Source: Podarcis tiliguerta (lineage: Eukaryota). Taken from it: a stretch of 64,000 nucleotides of DNA. Made by a program: the position numbers and the translations under genes. The stretch lies in the NCBI GenBank assembly GCA_965153285.1, contig OZ229110.1. One strand, written 5' to 3'. The notes beneath the pieces are model-generated. The model had not been told where the DNA came from. It saw only the letters and a list, made by a program, of their open reading frames with translations, and ran no database searches. Positions 1 to 13,143 of this stretch are shown one piece after another (within the stretch, counting starts at the first letter, position 1; each line of letters starts with the position of its first letter).

Positions 1-3000
1 ACAAATCATCTCCGCTTTAGACTTCTGTCATAGTCATTCAATCTGGTGAGTAAAGCTGCATAAGGTACATGGCATACAAATGGTACCTTCAACAAAAGGT
101 GGCAGTGTATCCTTACCCAGCAATAGTATTGCTTCTGATCAAGGAGCCAACACTCTTATGTCCTCCTCCAGGGTGCTATAAGCAGACACTCAAAGCTCTG
201 TGGCTCCTTAAGGCCACTCAACATTCTCATGGTGCTGTTTTGCAGGGCAGATCCTTCTTTGGGAGGGTGTTTTAAACTTTTGCTTTACTTCTGCATACCA
301 CCAAACTTGTCCGTCATGGTAATACCCTCCTCTTGTTCTCAGTGGGCCTGTTTTGGTTCCAATCTTTTCAGTGCTCAACCACCTGAGTTCACTGTTAAAG
401 GGAATGATAATATTATATGATATTTATGGCATAATATAAGATATTTATGGCATAAGATTATATAGCAGATCAGCCTCTAGGTCATTGAAAGCTCTTTGGC
501 TTTTTACAAGCCATTAGCTAGTCACTGGTAAGGCTTGGAATCTCCTGTACTGTGTGCATGCAGCTGCCAGCCCCTATTACTGTCTAGATACGCTGATAAC
601 ACACGTGCTTTCACTGAAGGCTGTCCATGGCCTTTCTTTGGTCGCGTTCAGTAATATGCAGTATGATGAGTGGCTCATATCTGATTAAACCTTTTTTCCC
701 CATGGTGAGCTTGAAGACAGGGAGACACCTACTGTCACATTCATTTACAGTGAACACTTTAACTGGGAAAAACCAAAGCCCAGTGGAATCGGCAGCTTAA
801 TTTATAAGGATCTTGGGGGCATTTGCCAATAAATAAGAATAATATGTGTCATATTGCGCCCTCTCCCTGAAGAAACCTGGGACAATTACCAATTCAACAA
901 ACTCATTTTATGGCATCCTTGGGTTATAGAAAACCTTCTGGTGTTTGGCAGCCTTGCCTAGACCCCTTCTGGGCATTCGATTCACTATTCCCTTTAATTT
1001 CTTTTCCAGTAGGGAGTAATTTTCTTTTATCAGTCTGTTATTGATACCCACTTGGATGATTTAATTGTTGAGTGTGGTTTAACCTGTTAACTTGCAGGCC
1101 ATGTTTTAAATTGAACCAGTTTCCACTTAGGGCTTTAACAAGTTTGAGTAATTTTTAAATTACACTGAAATTGAGTTTTTGCCACCAATTGGAATGCAAA
1201 GTTTCTGTTCAGCTACTGACCCATAACCATACATTTATTTCTCAGTAATGTTGTTTCCTAAGATTTGATTGGCTGTGAACGGTGATTTACATAATGGATG
1301 TAAGGCTCTTTCTCAGTACAGATGGCATTAAAATCCTTAAATCTGATAGGGTAAAGTCTACAGCAAGATGAAGAGTGTGCATTGCATAACCACTGCTGAT
1401 GCCTTGTAATAAATGTGCAATGATTATAAAGACACTCCTTGAATGACTACAGTCCTGATATACCCATAACAAAAAGGGGAGCCTCACTGTCTTAAAGGCA
1501 GACTTCTATATAGACGGGCTGCATCTTTCTTTTGACAGGGAAAGGAAATAAAGCATAGGTAGAATGTAAAGCTTGTACAGATTATTGTTGAGTTGATGTG
1601 CAGCACAACCTTGTCCATCGTTATTCAGAAGCAAATATTGTAGTTCAGCTTACACCAAAATGTGCACTGGATTGCAACACTAATCTGTAGCTGAGCTGCA
1701 ACATCTGCATGTAGGGTGGGCTGAGGAAGAAAAGGATCTGAGTGCAGCTTTTGATGTATATCTGGAAGTTGTGTTTGTGTTTAAACTGTACCACTTTGAA
1801 ATAGAGTGATTTTCACCCAAGCTTAAGATACGTAAGTGAGTGATGACAGAAAAGCTGCCCTTCTATCATGATTTTCCTTTCTGCTTGGTCCCTGTGTCCT
1901 CAGCTCATTTTCCTTCAATGCCTTGGTCTGCCCAGTCAAAATTATTTTCCTCCAGGTTTGTGTTATGATGCAGGGCTGCTTACACATTTGCATAAAGCTA
2001 CGGCATGATTTTTGTACAGTTGCACATTCCTCCATGAGATTGGGGAGAGGGAGAGTAAAAGGGCATTTTGGGGGTGTTTCAGGCAAGCGAGTCATGTGCA
2101 GAGGTAGCATAGGAGGGGCAGACCTTTTCTGATAAAGAATATCTTATTGATTTCGGGGCACAGGGTTTGCTTCTTAAAAAGCAACAAGGACAGTCTAGAG
2201 GTGTTGCATGCATTGTGAATCCACACCACACAAGCTTTGGGTTGCACTAAACTACAAGCGTAGACTAGCTCACAGAAAAGAGTGGTGACAGGTTATGGGG
2301 TAGATTGAATGCCAAGTCCAGAGAAAATAGGCAAGTAGCACAGATGGGTTTATAACAGTCAACAGAGCACAAGGGAGAGCTGACGGAAATCAATAACAGC
2401 TTGAGGGTCCAATCTGAAACTCATTAAAATTAATGGAGAGAGTCCCACTTACTTTGGTAGCCGCTGGATCAGGCCGAGAGATTTTTCCTTATTAAACTAT
2501 ATGACCAAACTCATAAGTCCTTTAGACTGATACTTCATCAGTCCAACAGACACTTACAGTTCCACGGTTAACAAATGGCCTGCAGGTTATTACATGATCA
2601 AAGGTGCCTTAGTTTAATAAGCCATGGGGTTGTTGTTGTTTTTCAAGTTGTTGCTTGGCAGAGGTGGTACAGTTGAGTTGAAAGTAATGGGGTTTGACCT
2701 TGGAGATCTAAGTCAACTTGCCCTATGGCCCAGGCCAGCACTCTCCACTCTCCACCCTCCTTCCAGTTTTGAACAGAAAAATATTCTAGCCATGTCCTCA
2801 TATGGTCTTGTTCTGTTTTACCATTGTTCTAGACTGAGTTGTTTTATGCAGGTTGAGACTGAGGGCCAGTAACTTGCCCAAGCCATTTAGTCAGAACAGG
2901 ACTGAACATGGATGTGAACCCAATTACAGGTTGAACAATCTAGTCACCTGTACCCTGCCACAGAAGCTGAGCTGGAAAATTGCCATCCACTCCTAGGATA

Positions 3001-3835
3001 CTTTCCTGTACTTTCCTGTCAACTCTTAAGTCTGATTGGAGCAGATTTCAAGGAAATAGATTCTGTCTTGCAGTCATTGGTTGGTGAGGGAAAGCTCTTT
3101 TTGTTACAACCTTAACTATTTTTGTTACTCTGTCACCTGGTATGGTCATTTTGTGAGAGCCTTGCAGTTCCCAGGATGGTGCTGCTTATGACACTTCATA
3201 ATGAAAAACTGGAAACAGGCAGTTTGGGTGGCAGGGAGCATGGATTAGTTTGGGAGAGGGGCATTATAATTTGTGGTTTTAAATGCCAGTCAGGGGCTGA
3301 CAAGATTACAAATCTTCTACTCTGCTTGGTTGTCCAGTCATGGCCATGCTGAAATTTCTGCTGCTGGTGAACAAAGTTAGCAGGGGTCTGTACTGCTTCA
3401 AAAATCTGATCAAAGCTAACAGTGGGACAAATTTAATGTGTGTGCAGGAGAGAGAGAGAGAGAGCACTTGCAGACTGTGTTCTCTTGGTCACACCCCACT
3501 GGCCAATGTTAAATTGGCAAAACAGTCTCTGAATGAAAAGCTCATCCACTCATGGTTTGGGTCAATGCAAAGATTTTTGTTTCGTTTTTAAAGAGTTTTC
3601 TGACTTTCCTCCAAGTGAGCTTATTCTTTCAATTAAAAAAAATTATACCAGCAACATCAGAAATCAGTAGGATCAGCATAATGATGATAACCAAAAGCTT
3701 CCTGAAACAAGAAGTTATTTGCCCACTCCTGATTTTTTAAAAATAATATTTATATTGTATTGAAGTGATTTCAATTAAAAGAAATAAAGTGATACAGAAA
3801 AAATAAGGAAAAGTGAGGGGGCAACAACAACAAAG

Positions 3836-3860
3836 ACACACACACACACACACACACACA
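3836..3860. repeat. (CA)n microsatellite
   Basis: Direct sequence. Confidence 0.95.
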
Positions 3861-3913
3861 TATATTCTTATATAAAATTGGTAAGTGTTGCTATCCTAAT
3901 ACATATATTAATG

Positions 3914-4445
3914 TTAATAGCCTATTACATTTTGTATAAAGCCCTTCCAAATATTATCATACTTATCCAAGCAAAGTCTGCACCTGTAAGCATTCTGTTC
4001 ATAGGTTGTGAGTGATGTCATATCATCAATCCATTGATTAAAGTGGATCATATCTATATTTTTCTAGTTCATCCGTATCAGTCTCTTGGCCGCCATTAGG
4101 GCACGCAAAGTCCATTTTCGTTGTCCCGTTGATAATTTCCACACTGCAGGTATATAGTTCAATAGAATATTTTTCCCTGAAAGATTTGACTTTTCCTGCA
4201 CAGTCATTGTTACACAATCCAGCACCTTCTCACAAAACATAAAAAGTATAGAACACTGTACAAACATATGTTTCAGGGAGGCATTGTCCTTGCCACATCT
4301 CCAACACTGAGCTATCTTAGCTAACCCTTTTTTAAAAAGGAGTCCCATAAACTCAAAATATTATTTTATGTTGAAGAAGTCTTCATTTCAAATCCAGTGA
4401 CACCTTGGGTATCGAGGCTAAAACATTTCCCCACTGTCTGGGAAA
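3914..4445 (-). mobile_element. L1-clade LINE 3' fragment (ORF2 C-terminal zinc knuckle), degenerate
   Basis: Minus ORF 4064..4348 contains CWRCGKDNASLKHMFVQC (CCHC) and LMAAKRLIRMN; the frame continues past a premature stop as KNIDMIHFNQWIDDM...DNIWKGF. Confidence 0.75.
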
Positions 4446-6204
4446 GCTTGTAACATTGCAGTCTTGTAGCATTAGTTGCAGCTTGTAACATTAGGGTGCC
4501 TGGTGCGCTTTCATCTTCAGCTGCTGTGTTCATGTGCAGTTATTTGAACATGGGGGATCCTTAGGGAAATGGCTTGACCAGCAGACTTGAGAGGTCAAAT
4601 CTGGGGCTAACAGGAATATCCTCTATCTTTGGATCAGCTTGCCAAGAGAGCAATTCGTGGGTTACAAGGGTGAGAGAACTGCCTGTAATTCCCAAGCAAG
4701 GCCTCCCTCACTACAGAAAGCACAGCAAATGAGGCCCAAAGTGACTCTACTCCTGTGATTTATTGCCTTGCCACAGGATGGTTGCCCAAGACTTCGAAGC
4801 ACCCAGAGGTAAAAAATAGGCACGTCCAGTTTTGCATCGTGCATGTTAACTTGCAAATATATATTAAGATAGTGACAACGTTCCCAGTAAGCGGATAAAA
4901 GCTGACAACCCAGTGCTGGTCTGTCATTCAAGCACTGGCCCAAATTACTTTGAAATGAATGCATTTAAAGGAACAATGCACATACATATCCAACATTGGT
5001 TGTTCACCTGGAAAACCATATTCTTCCTGGCACATTGGATCAGCATCTTGTTTTAAAAACACTGCCCAGCCTTGGGAGATAAGCATCCCATTAGGTGAGT
5101 CAATGGCGGGGAGAGGCCAGAGCTCTTTTAGTTTCCTTTGCATCAGGTAGCTGAGCTGACAGGGAATGGTGTTTGAGAGCCTGAGGGAGCTCTGTGAGGG
5201 AGGAGGAGCCCCAGTTTTAGATTTCCTCTGAAGGCATTCCCTCTTGTGAGAAAAGAAGTAAAAACTCCACACAGCACTAAGAGGAGTCTGCATGGAAGAG
5301 CAGGGAGAACAGCTAAAGGAGTCAGGATTGGCTGGCTGTGACATCATCAAGCAGCACAGCAATTGGTCCAGCTTCTGTTTGTGTGAGTGTGTTGGCTTTT
5401 CCCTTCTGGTTTTGCAGTGCTGACAAATAAAAGTATGATTACAGGAAAGGCCCCATGGCAAACCTGATTAGGCTTCAGTGGTAATAAATAATGCCAATTA
5501 TTCCATAGGGGAGGGAAAACATTGAGAGGAATTTCCCTCTGGTAATGAGTCGCAGGATTCTGTTTTCATCTTATTTTTATTTGGGTTATGAGAGGTTATT
5601 AGGGGGGAGCACTTGGAGAGGGTGATACAGGATTTTGCATGAATATTGATAAATGACAATTACTTGAGCCTCTTCCCTTTCCATCGCCTGAGGCCATGTC
5701 TGCTGAGATATACAGGCAGGACTCGTAGTAATCTTTGTGTATGTGTTCATGTGGGGGCAAACGAAAAAGGAATAAAAGCTTTGTTTGCATCCTTCGCACT
5801 AAAAGGAGGGGACTGATTTAGAAGCCAGGGTACTACAGTAGCGAAACGAAAAAAGCTGCTTTTGATTCTGCAAGCTGTAACTTGTTGTAAAATGCCACTG
5901 CGTACGCACATACCTTTTATTAAAAGAGAATTCAGACTTTTGAGTCAAAGAGCCTGAGATGTTCACAAAATGTTAAGCATCATTTAGAAACAGACGTAAG
6001 GCAGTTCCACTACATGGAGCAAAGGCCAGTCTCCATGCAACACAAGGCGCTTGGCTCCACACACCCCTTCCAACATTGTACAGACATTTATCAATTGACT
6101 ACCACTGCAAGGTGGTTTCTCTCATTGAGACCACATCATCTGCTCAGAACATTACAGATCAGTAGGCTAGGGAAGCAGGCAATGGAAGCAGAAAACGTCT
6201 TTTT

Positions 6205-6485
6205 TTTGTTATCTTTATTTATTTTTATTGTATTAATTCCCCTGAATGGTTTACAAGAAATCTTAAAATTATCAGAAAACCCCCCAGTTAAAAACAAGTA
6301 ATTTAAAACATTTAAAAGATAATTAAAGTGAACTGTAAAAGATTAAAGCACATCAACATCTATGTGTCTGGATAGACCTACCTAAACAAAAATGTTTTAA
6401 GCAGGTGCTCAAAGGAGTACAGGGAAGGCACTTGCCTGGTGTCAACAGACAAGGAGTTCCAAAGTGTAGGTACTGCCGCACTAAA
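6205..6485 (-). mobile_element. L2-like LINE 3' end, degenerate
   Basis: T-rich tail on the left followed by reverse-complement L2 ORF2 C-terminus-like sequence (ggagttccaaagtgtaggtactgcc = reverse of A-V-P-T-L-W-N-S). Confidence 0.5.
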
Positions 6486-6492
6486 ACATCTA

Positions 6493-6610
6493 TCTCCGGG
6501 TCATGGGTTCGAGCCCTGCATTAGGCAAGAGGATTCCTGCATTGCAGAGGGTTGGACTAGATGACCCTTGTGGTCCCTTCAAACTCTGTAATTCTAGGAT
6601 TCTGTGATTC
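6493..6610 (+). mobile_element. tRNA-derived squamate SINE with CR1-type 3' tail
   Basis: B-box gggttcgagccc, then gggttggactagatgaccc...ggtccctt and an ATTCTAGG/ATTCTGTG octamer tail typical of CR1 3' ends. Confidence 0.7.
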
Positions 6611-7799
6611 CTATGTTCCTTTTAAGACTTCTGCCTGACTTCTTGGAGAGATAATTAAAGGAGGCTTCTGGTCAAGGTTGACAGGGGTAGGATAGATGGA
6701 CCATTAGTCTGATTCAAAATAAAATCAAACTTTGTATCATATTGCAGGAGTACTCATGGATCCATTTGTGCAATTTGATTATATACTGTGATGTTTGCAA
6801 TGCAGGAAAAAGCCTCCACTTTCTGGACTATGCCTTAAGATTTCATGATCAGGGAGTTTTTTGCTTCCCCCTCCCCAAACACATATATGCACTCCATACG
6901 CACATACTTACAGAAATATCCTTTTAGGAACCATGCTTCAAGAAGGATCTGCAAATCTACTATCTTCAGAAGGGCTGTAGCCTTTGTTAGCTGCCATTCT
7001 AAATGGGTCTGGAACAATATTTCTGATATGCCGTGTACTGCACAGTTCTTCTTCTTTCATCTTCCCTGTTGGCATATGTGGCTCTGTGTGAAGCACTTTC
7101 CCTCACTCGTTCACCAAAGCCACTGCCTTATTTAATCCTCCTTTCCAGCCAATGTGTAGAAAGCCCCAGGGGCATTTCAGTCTGTAGAACAATGAAAGGG
7201 TATTGTGTCCTCTTTCACCTACAGACCGAGGAGGTGACACCTATCATGTAAGACATGGAACCAGAGAGATCAGCTGGAAAGGAACCAAATGAAGTTTATT
7301 TACCCTGCAATGTTCCATTAAATGCTGAGCAATTAGCACATGTTGTGGGGTTTTGCTTTTGTTTTCTTTCACTTTAGCACAAGGGGGTTCTTTTTCCATA
7401 TTAATTAGATCATCCAGGCTGTTGGTCTCTTAAAGAAATTGCATCTAACATCCATTGCTCCACTAATCTCTCTGCCTTTTATGTTGGTTTTTAGCAAATG
7501 GAGACTGGGGGACAATGCAGATGTTTTATATATAATAATAATAGTTCTGCTTTGAGCTGAACTTACCTTAGCACATGTCCACATTCCTTGTTTGTCATGG
7601 GTAAATGATTATCTGAGGCATCAGCAGAACATATTTGAGCTGTGCCGTCTACTGTGACAATATATGAAAATCAGTACTGTGTATTGTTACTTGACTGAAA
7701 ATTGCTCCAAACATTCCTCACTACAGAAATGTATGTGCACAGAAAAACCATAAATCTGACATCATGCTTGTCACATGATATGCCCTTGTGATCTTCAAT

Positions 7800-7995
7800 A
7801 TCTGCTCCCCCTTTCCCAAAAGTAAGGCTTTGAAGCCTCTGAATACCAGTTTCTGGGAATCACAGGTGGGCAGAGTACTGTTGCACTCAGGCCCTGCCTG
7901 GGTGCTTCCCACAGGCATCTGGTCGGCCACTGTGAAAACAGGCTGCTGGACTAGATGGGCCACTGACATGCTCCAAGAGGCTCTTCTTATGATCC
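7800..7995 (+). mobile_element. CR1-tail SINE family copy
   Basis: ctgggaatcacagg...ggctgctggactagatgggcc...ggctcttcttatga; homologous to copies at 10560, 17200 (minus) and 35690. Confidence 0.7.
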
Positions 7996-9145
7996 TAGCA
8001 CAGGTAGGGAAGCCATATGGAACCCCTCCATCATTTTATGCAGCCCTCAGCACTTCTCCCTGCATCCCCGCACTTCTGTGGAGCGCACCTTCCTCTGCCG
8101 TGTGCAACTGGGCCCAGACCTCCCCTTCCTCCCACCTGCTTGCCTCTCATGCCCTGCCCCCATGCAAGAAGTTTCTGTCCACTAGCCCCCATCCCCACCC
8201 GCTCGCCTCTCCTGCTGGCCTGCCTGCCCTTCCTCAGCTGCCCTGCTTGGAAATGGCACTGAAAGCTGTGAGACAAGCCAGGAAAAGAGGGTGGCACCCG
8301 GCTGCGGAGGAGGTGGCTGCCCAAGAGAGGGAGGGAGATGCCAACTTGCAGAAAATATTGGGCAGGCCCATTCCCCCTAAATATTTTAGGGGGGCAAGGG
8401 ACCAGGGCTCTGATGGTCACTGGCTCTGGCTCTGCCCACCAAAGGATTACCTCTGAGGAAATGTAACTTCTAACGGTTATACACCACTGGTTTTAAGTTC
8501 TTTTTTTCTTAATGTTCACAAATTCATTAAATAGTCTTTTTCACCCCAATAATTTCCATAATGCAGAAAAAAACAATAAACAAGCTTATTTTTTAGAAGG
8601 CAGTGTTGCTATCTAGACTGATATAAATTTCACCCTGAGAGGATGAGTCAAACACTCTGGAACCTTGCAGGGATGTTATCAAGGGATGACTAGCAACTGC
8701 TCATTATTCTGAGCTACATTTTTGTTAAGCTTCTATTTTCATGTCCAAATGTGCAGTTTCATCGAACTGGGATGGGCTAGCTCAGGCACTGCGAAGCTCC
8801 CTGTAGACTTTAAAAAAATCACTAGGACTTTTTCACAGCTCACTCCCATATGTTCAGGACTTACGACAAAAAGGGGTGTTGGTACTGAGCCTACTGTGGA
8901 AACCACCTTGAAAAGTTGAAGTGTGTTTTGACTATTCCAAACCAAAAGTCAAATAAATAATTTCAAGTCAGTCATACTCTTTATAATAATCCTCCTACCT
9001 GGAAAGAGTGGGGTCAGTGTTCTATGACAACCTATTGGGTCCCAACCTCAAGAACCCTAGTAGTCAAAGTTATCAAAGGCTGCTAGATGTCCTGCCAGGA
9101 GCAATGGGATGCAGTTACTATGAGTGAACTCATGACCAGCAAGCT

Positions 9146-9420
9146 CAGAGCTCGTCCACACTTTGATTTTCCCCCCTGCCTAGAATGCATGGGTCTGAGA
9201 GTTTTTCACTTGACCTGTGCCTTCTAGGTATGGGTCCAAGCAGTTTTCCATTTGCCCTGCCGCTTTCCCTGGGTAAACTCTCTCTTTACTGCTGAATTTG
9301 AGCAAATATCAGCCTGCAGAAAACCCAATTGACGTTTGCTCCGATTCAGCAGTAAGGAGTAGGTTTCCTCTGGGGTGCAGCAAGAGAAATGGAAGTTTAG
9401 GCAAGCCTTTAAGGTCAAAG
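9146..9420. mobile_element. Palindromic MITE, degenerate copy of the 28698 family
   Basis: Starts agagctcgtccacactt; internal inverted arms tttactgctgaatttgagcaaa / tttgctccgattcagcagtaa. Confidence 0.55.
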
Positions 9421-10326
9421 TGAGAAAGGCAACATCCAGCTGATCCTGGAGCTGCAGACTGACCAGCCACTCAACTATCATTCCCTGAAAAGAAAAGCTG
9501 GGAATAGCGCTCATAGTGGATAGTCAGCACCAAGGAGCTGAGTGATTGTCTATTTGAGATGGGTGGTGTTGGAAGGGGCACTGATAATGGTAGCAATCTT
9601 CCTCGTTTTCTTTTCATCAGCTAGAGCGGGCATAGATCATGCTGTCATCATCTGGTCGCTGTTATAAACAAGCCAAATCCATCAACATCCTGAAATGCTA
9701 CTTTTGATTTGATTTGCACTCCCCGCTTCAACAAATGGAGAGAACTCTTGGTGTCCAGTGCTGCCCAGGTTTGGTTTCCTTTGGAATGATGTCAAGGGAG
9801 ACTTACTGGCATTTTGAAATATCTGCACTTACATACACATGTACCAGGTGGAGCATAGGTGGAGGCTCAGAGCAGACATCCCAAAATCTTCTAGAGAGAA
9901 CCTAAGCCTTTATTCCCAATGGAGGTCTCTCCTTTCAGAAGAGCCCAGGAGTTTGGGTCAGTCTCCTTAAGAAAGGGTACGTTCTTGGCTACTCTTCCAG
10001 GACCATTGAGAAAATCCTCAGCAAACCTACAGGTTCCATTAACCCCTCTCCTGTACAGTCTTACAATTGTGAATCACAGGATGGGAAAGTACTCCAAGAG
10101 GATATCTATCCCAATCACATAACTCTTTTCAAAAGTATTATCTTCCCACCCCAATTTCTTTTCTTTTCTTTTTAATAAAATAGAGAGAAGTGTGGCAGGA
10201 AGTAACGCTTGAGTCTTGTTTTCTCCCAAGCCAATGAGATCAATTGGAAGCAATTACAGAGCAAATGAGCCTCATATTTTGCCAGGTGGCTTTTGCCTGA
10301 GGAGTAGGGACTGCTCTCTGTCTTAA

Positions 10327-10470
<144 letters not shown>

Positions 10471-10559
10471 TAAGTTGCAATGAGGCCATAAAGCAGAGGT
10501 GGCTAGCCAGTCAGTGACTACTAGTCCTGATGACCAAATCAGAATTCCAGGTTCAGAGG

Positions 10560-10692
10560 TGGCATGGAAGGGGGCTATGCCCTCCTGTGCTGTTGGTGGG
10601 CTGCCCAGAGGCAAGTGGGTTGTTGCTGTGGGAAACAGGACCCTAGTCTATGTGGACCTTTGGTCTTATCCAGCAGGACTTATCTTATGCTA
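10560..10692 (+). mobile_element. CR1-tail SINE family copy, degenerate
   Basis: ggacctttggtcttatccagcaggacttatcttatg tail shared with the 7800 and 35690 copies. Confidence 0.55.
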
Positions 10693-12739
10693 TATTCATC
10701 CCTTCCCATCTTAAGAAGACTCTGCAGTATTGGGGGGGGGGCAGGATGTAGATGGGCTCCTGGTAGTTCAGCAGTGCCAGGGTACATTGTCTGCACAAAC
10801 GCAAGTCTCCAGTATGTACTTCCTAGTGCAACACAGAGGTTAATTTTCCTAACAGAAATGAAAACCACATCTCATCTTGACAAGAAACAGCTTGGACTGT
10901 TAAGAGGTGGGATACTGATAACCTCAATCACCTGTAACAAAACATCCCTTCCCCGCACTGCTTTTTGTTAACTTAAAACAATAAGCATCAAGCTTCCAGG
11001 CTTGGAATCTGAGGTTTTTAATGCAAAAGTCCTGGAGAGATTTCTTTCGAATTTTTGTGAGATGGCTTCCACACGCTGTTCCACTCACAGTGGGAGAGAG
11101 TGGCATGCATTGCAGTAAATAAATGAAACTTCCTACACATGCTTACATAACAGACCTTTTTTTTTTTTTTTAAAGCACCCAACCAACCACCACCACAACA
11201 AGCAAAGTTTTGTTTTCCTTTGCTGCTCTGGTTTCATACTGTATATAAACAACGAATTGCAGTTCAAATGCAACCATTAAAAGCCTACAGGCATATGCAT
11301 TTATGAGTTTCTACAGCAGAGGAGAAATCCCCACCCAAAACACCTAAAAATAGAAAGCAGAGCTGTTTAAATATGCTTTTAAAATCCCCAAAGACTATAA
11401 TAGCCAGATTTTCCCTTGTGTTTAGACTACTATGGAGACTCAATTGCAGGTTTCCCCGAGGAATTTAGACTTGCTATTTATGGAACCTCTGTACGCTGCC
11501 ACCACCTACTGGTAGTAATGAAGAACTCGACTGACCCCACTGCTGTTGTCCAGTAAGCAGCACTTTCCAAGATTTTTTCTTTCTTTCTCATGGTTGCAAA
11601 GAGATCTGGAAAGTAAGCAGTCTGGTAGGCATCAGTGGCACACAGCAGCAAATGCAGAGACTTGTAATTTGTACTACTGATATTTAACTTGCTTCTTGTA
11701 ACAGCAAGCCCATAGAATGGTACAGAACCCAGGTGAGAACAGAGGCAAGAGGGTTTCCATATTTTTCTAAGGCATGTTCCTCAAATATTTACCTGGAACC
11801 AGTGCTTTTCTTCTGCTGGTACTGTGTACCCTTGAGTACCCCCCAAAAAAGCACTGCCTGGAACACTCATTCAGCAGAAATGGATTCTGTTAACATACTC
11901 TTCTTATGCAGAACATTTAATATCCCACCAACTGAGCTTGTGGGTTCTCACATCAGCTTACAAAATAACAATAAAAATAAAGGCAATCTACATGTAACAA
12001 CTGAAGCAACATTCATATAAACACCGAAAGACCAAAACAACAACAACAACAACCAAACAGCTGCACAGATCAAGCAGCAGGACCCCATATATGAAACCAA
12101 TTCCAACACAGCAGCTAAAAGACCTCCTGAATTAAAAGGTCACAATGCATCTCCTGAAAAGATGGATGGGACCTGTCCAGCAGCTCCACAGTGAAGGTAC
12201 CATTACTGAGAAGGTGCTGGTTGTAATAGCTTCTGATCACACACAATCTTAAGGCACGAAAGAGGTCCTGTGGGAGAACCTGACCATTAGAGTATCCAGG
12301 GACGTAGAAATGGGGAAGGTGACTTAGGAAGGGTCTATGAGTAAAGCAGGGGCTTCCTTGGGTTCAAAATATCCCTCAACGAGCACATAAATTGGAACGG
12401 CAGCTATGCTAACCAGCTCACTTCATCTTTCATGTAGAGGGCTATGCAGAATGCACACACATCGTTCAGTGGAAATAACTATTATGTCACTGTCTTAAAC
12501 TTCAACATGGCTCCTTTGAGCCAGTGAGCCCATTCAGTTTATGAGCATGTTGGTGAGCAGAGGGTGGGAACAAGCTCATTAATTAAAATCTTTGCTTGGG
12601 ATTTACCTGTCAGTCTCTTTAGTCTGTCTGTTATGCTGCCTTGGTCTCATTCTTAACTGTTAGTGTCTTGGCAATTTGGGCATCATTTGGTAATCCCTAC
12701 TTTGGACACATATCTTGCAGCAGAACCATAGATGGTGGT

Positions 12740-12965
12740 ATGATGATGATGATGATCATCATCATTATTATACCCCAGCCATCTGGCTGGGTTTCCCCAG
12801 CCACTCTGGGCGGCATACAGCATATATAAAACATAGTAAAATAAAAAACTTTTCGATACAGGGCTGCCTTCAGATGTTGTCTAAAAGTTATGTAGTTCTT
12901 TATCTCCTTGACATCTGAAAGGAGGGCATTCCACAGGGAGGGAGCCACTACCGAGAAGGCCTTCT
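12740..12965 (-). mobile_element. L2 LINE 3' end (lacertid-type family)
   Basis: Minus ORF APSLWNALLSDVKEIKNYITFRQHLKAALYRKVF; 3' motif cccagagtggctggggaaacccag; (ATG/ATC/ATT) microsatellite tail. Confidence 0.85.
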
Positions 12966-13009
12966 CCCATTTATCTCCTGAACCATATTTTAAGTCAGAT
13001 TCACCATAG

Positions 13010-13143
13010 CAGGGATGTTGACCTGGTGGCCTCCCTATGCTGTTGCCACAACTGCGGCAACTCCAAGCAGCGTGTCATATGGTCAGGGGTGATGGAAGCT
13101 GTAGTCCAGCAATGTTTGAAGGGCCAAAAGGTCAGCCACCCTC
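13010..13143. mobile_element. Short hAT-type MITE (common squamate family); similar copies near 29235-29354, 42940-43055, 43480-43545 and 51420-51478
   Basis: CAGGG terminus and shared internal palindrome acaactccc...gggagttgtagtcc...catctggagg across copies. Confidence 0.6.

Noticed and set aside
7788-8456. 222-aa ORF
   Set aside because: Runs through a SINE copy and a GC-rich degenerate repeat; no recognisable protein or splice structure.
9523-9540. REST/RE1-like motif TCAGCACCAAGGAGCT
   Set aside because: The right half-site lacks the conserved AG.
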